A stretch of 63,974 nucleotides of DNA, the filler included, from Octopus bimaculoides (lineage: Eukaryota): NCBI RefSeq assembly GCF_001194135.2. It is 7 parts of 6 records of this genome, joined end to end, with 100 filler letters (N's around TTAATTAATTAA, not from the genome) between each part and the next. Parts side by side here need not be neighbours in the genome. Positions count along the whole stretch, not along the records: positions 62,945 to 63,974 come from NC_069007.1; 6 more parts are not named here. One strand, 5' to 3'. Below the pieces are notes generated by a model. The model saw only the letters and a program-made list of their open reading frames with translations. It was not told the DNA's origin and searched no databases. Made by a program: the position numbers and the translations under genes. This document shows, one piece after another, positions 63,311-63,974 of this stretch. Every line of letters begins with the position of its first letter. The first letter of the stretch is position 1.

Positions 63311-63974
63311 GGATGTCCACCCACTCCCAAGTTTTGTTAGCTTACAATCGTCATCGGTTTTATCTACGTATGTTTATTCCCCCTACACAGAGCCATTATG
63401 GGTTTGGTAACGAACAAGTATAATTATGTGACTTATTTATTTTAGCCCTTCGCTCCCTTCTGATCGACATCTATCGACGACTTTTATCGAATGTCTTGCA
63501 TATTGACATGCTTCCTGCTAATGAGTGAAGAGGTCGGAGTTGCAGATTCCTTTTGAGATAGCCTACAACATATAAGGCCTTCCTACTAGGTCTTGAATCG
63601 TCAATTCTGCTTGTGTAACGCTGCATTTCTGTAGCTAGATGTACTGGCCTAAGTAAAACATGTCCCTTGTGAATGAGGTGCTCCTTAATAGTCTGGTCTT
63701 TATTTTTTGCCATGTACAGCATGGGAGAACATCTAAGAGATTGTACTCTGCTGACGAAGATTGCACAGATTATCACAAAATTGTGATTGTGCTCTGATGA
63801 CACGACACAGGTCATCACAAAAACAGAAGTACTGGACATGGAGGCGATGAAATTGGGAATACAAGAGACGAAAAGGTACATACAGACGTAAAAAAAAAAA
63901 ATAGGAAAGTTTCGAATTGTACGGCCAGTGAAGGTTATTAGTCGATGATATAGATCCTGGATTTGTTTTGCTTA

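Noticed and set aside
63471-63881. 136-aa minus-strand ORF
   Set aside because: No recognisable domain. The opposite strand has scraps (LYSADE, KTEVL) suggesting a decayed RTE RT, so it is probably an antisense shadow.

Overview
AT-rich, gap-riddled eukaryotic scaffold, almost certainly a cephalopod (Octopus-type) draft assembly. This is inferred from the tRNA-derived SINE families and the repeated N-TTAATTAATTAA-N scaffolding pads. I could not identify any intact protein-coding gene. Nearly all ORF-track entries are microsatellite or N-gap artefacts, or antisense shadows of transposon fossils. The window is a transposon graveyard: a Ty3/Gypsy remnant lacking RT/RNaseH, several LINE fragments (RTE, RTE-BovB, CR1, R4/Dong), Penelope GIY-YIG fragments, mariner and maT (DD37D-like) transposase remnants, a hAT MITE with a perfect 8-bp TSD, at least three SINE families and several inverted-repeat MITE-like elements. 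The most interesting signals are: (i) minimal hammerhead-ribozyme-like motifs at Penelope-type termini, including a head-to-head palindromic pair with a variant CCGACGA core; (ii) an RTE-BovB ORF end carrying three tandem C2H2-like fingers; (iii) a ~1.1-kb higher-order satellite built from degenerate TTAGGG; (iv) an R4/Dong fragment sitting in (TAA)n; (v) direct SINE-LINE 3' tail sharing; (vi) a few plus-strand GT-AG candidate exons that may belong to a long-intron host gene. All family assignments come from recognising motifs by eye, not from database searches.
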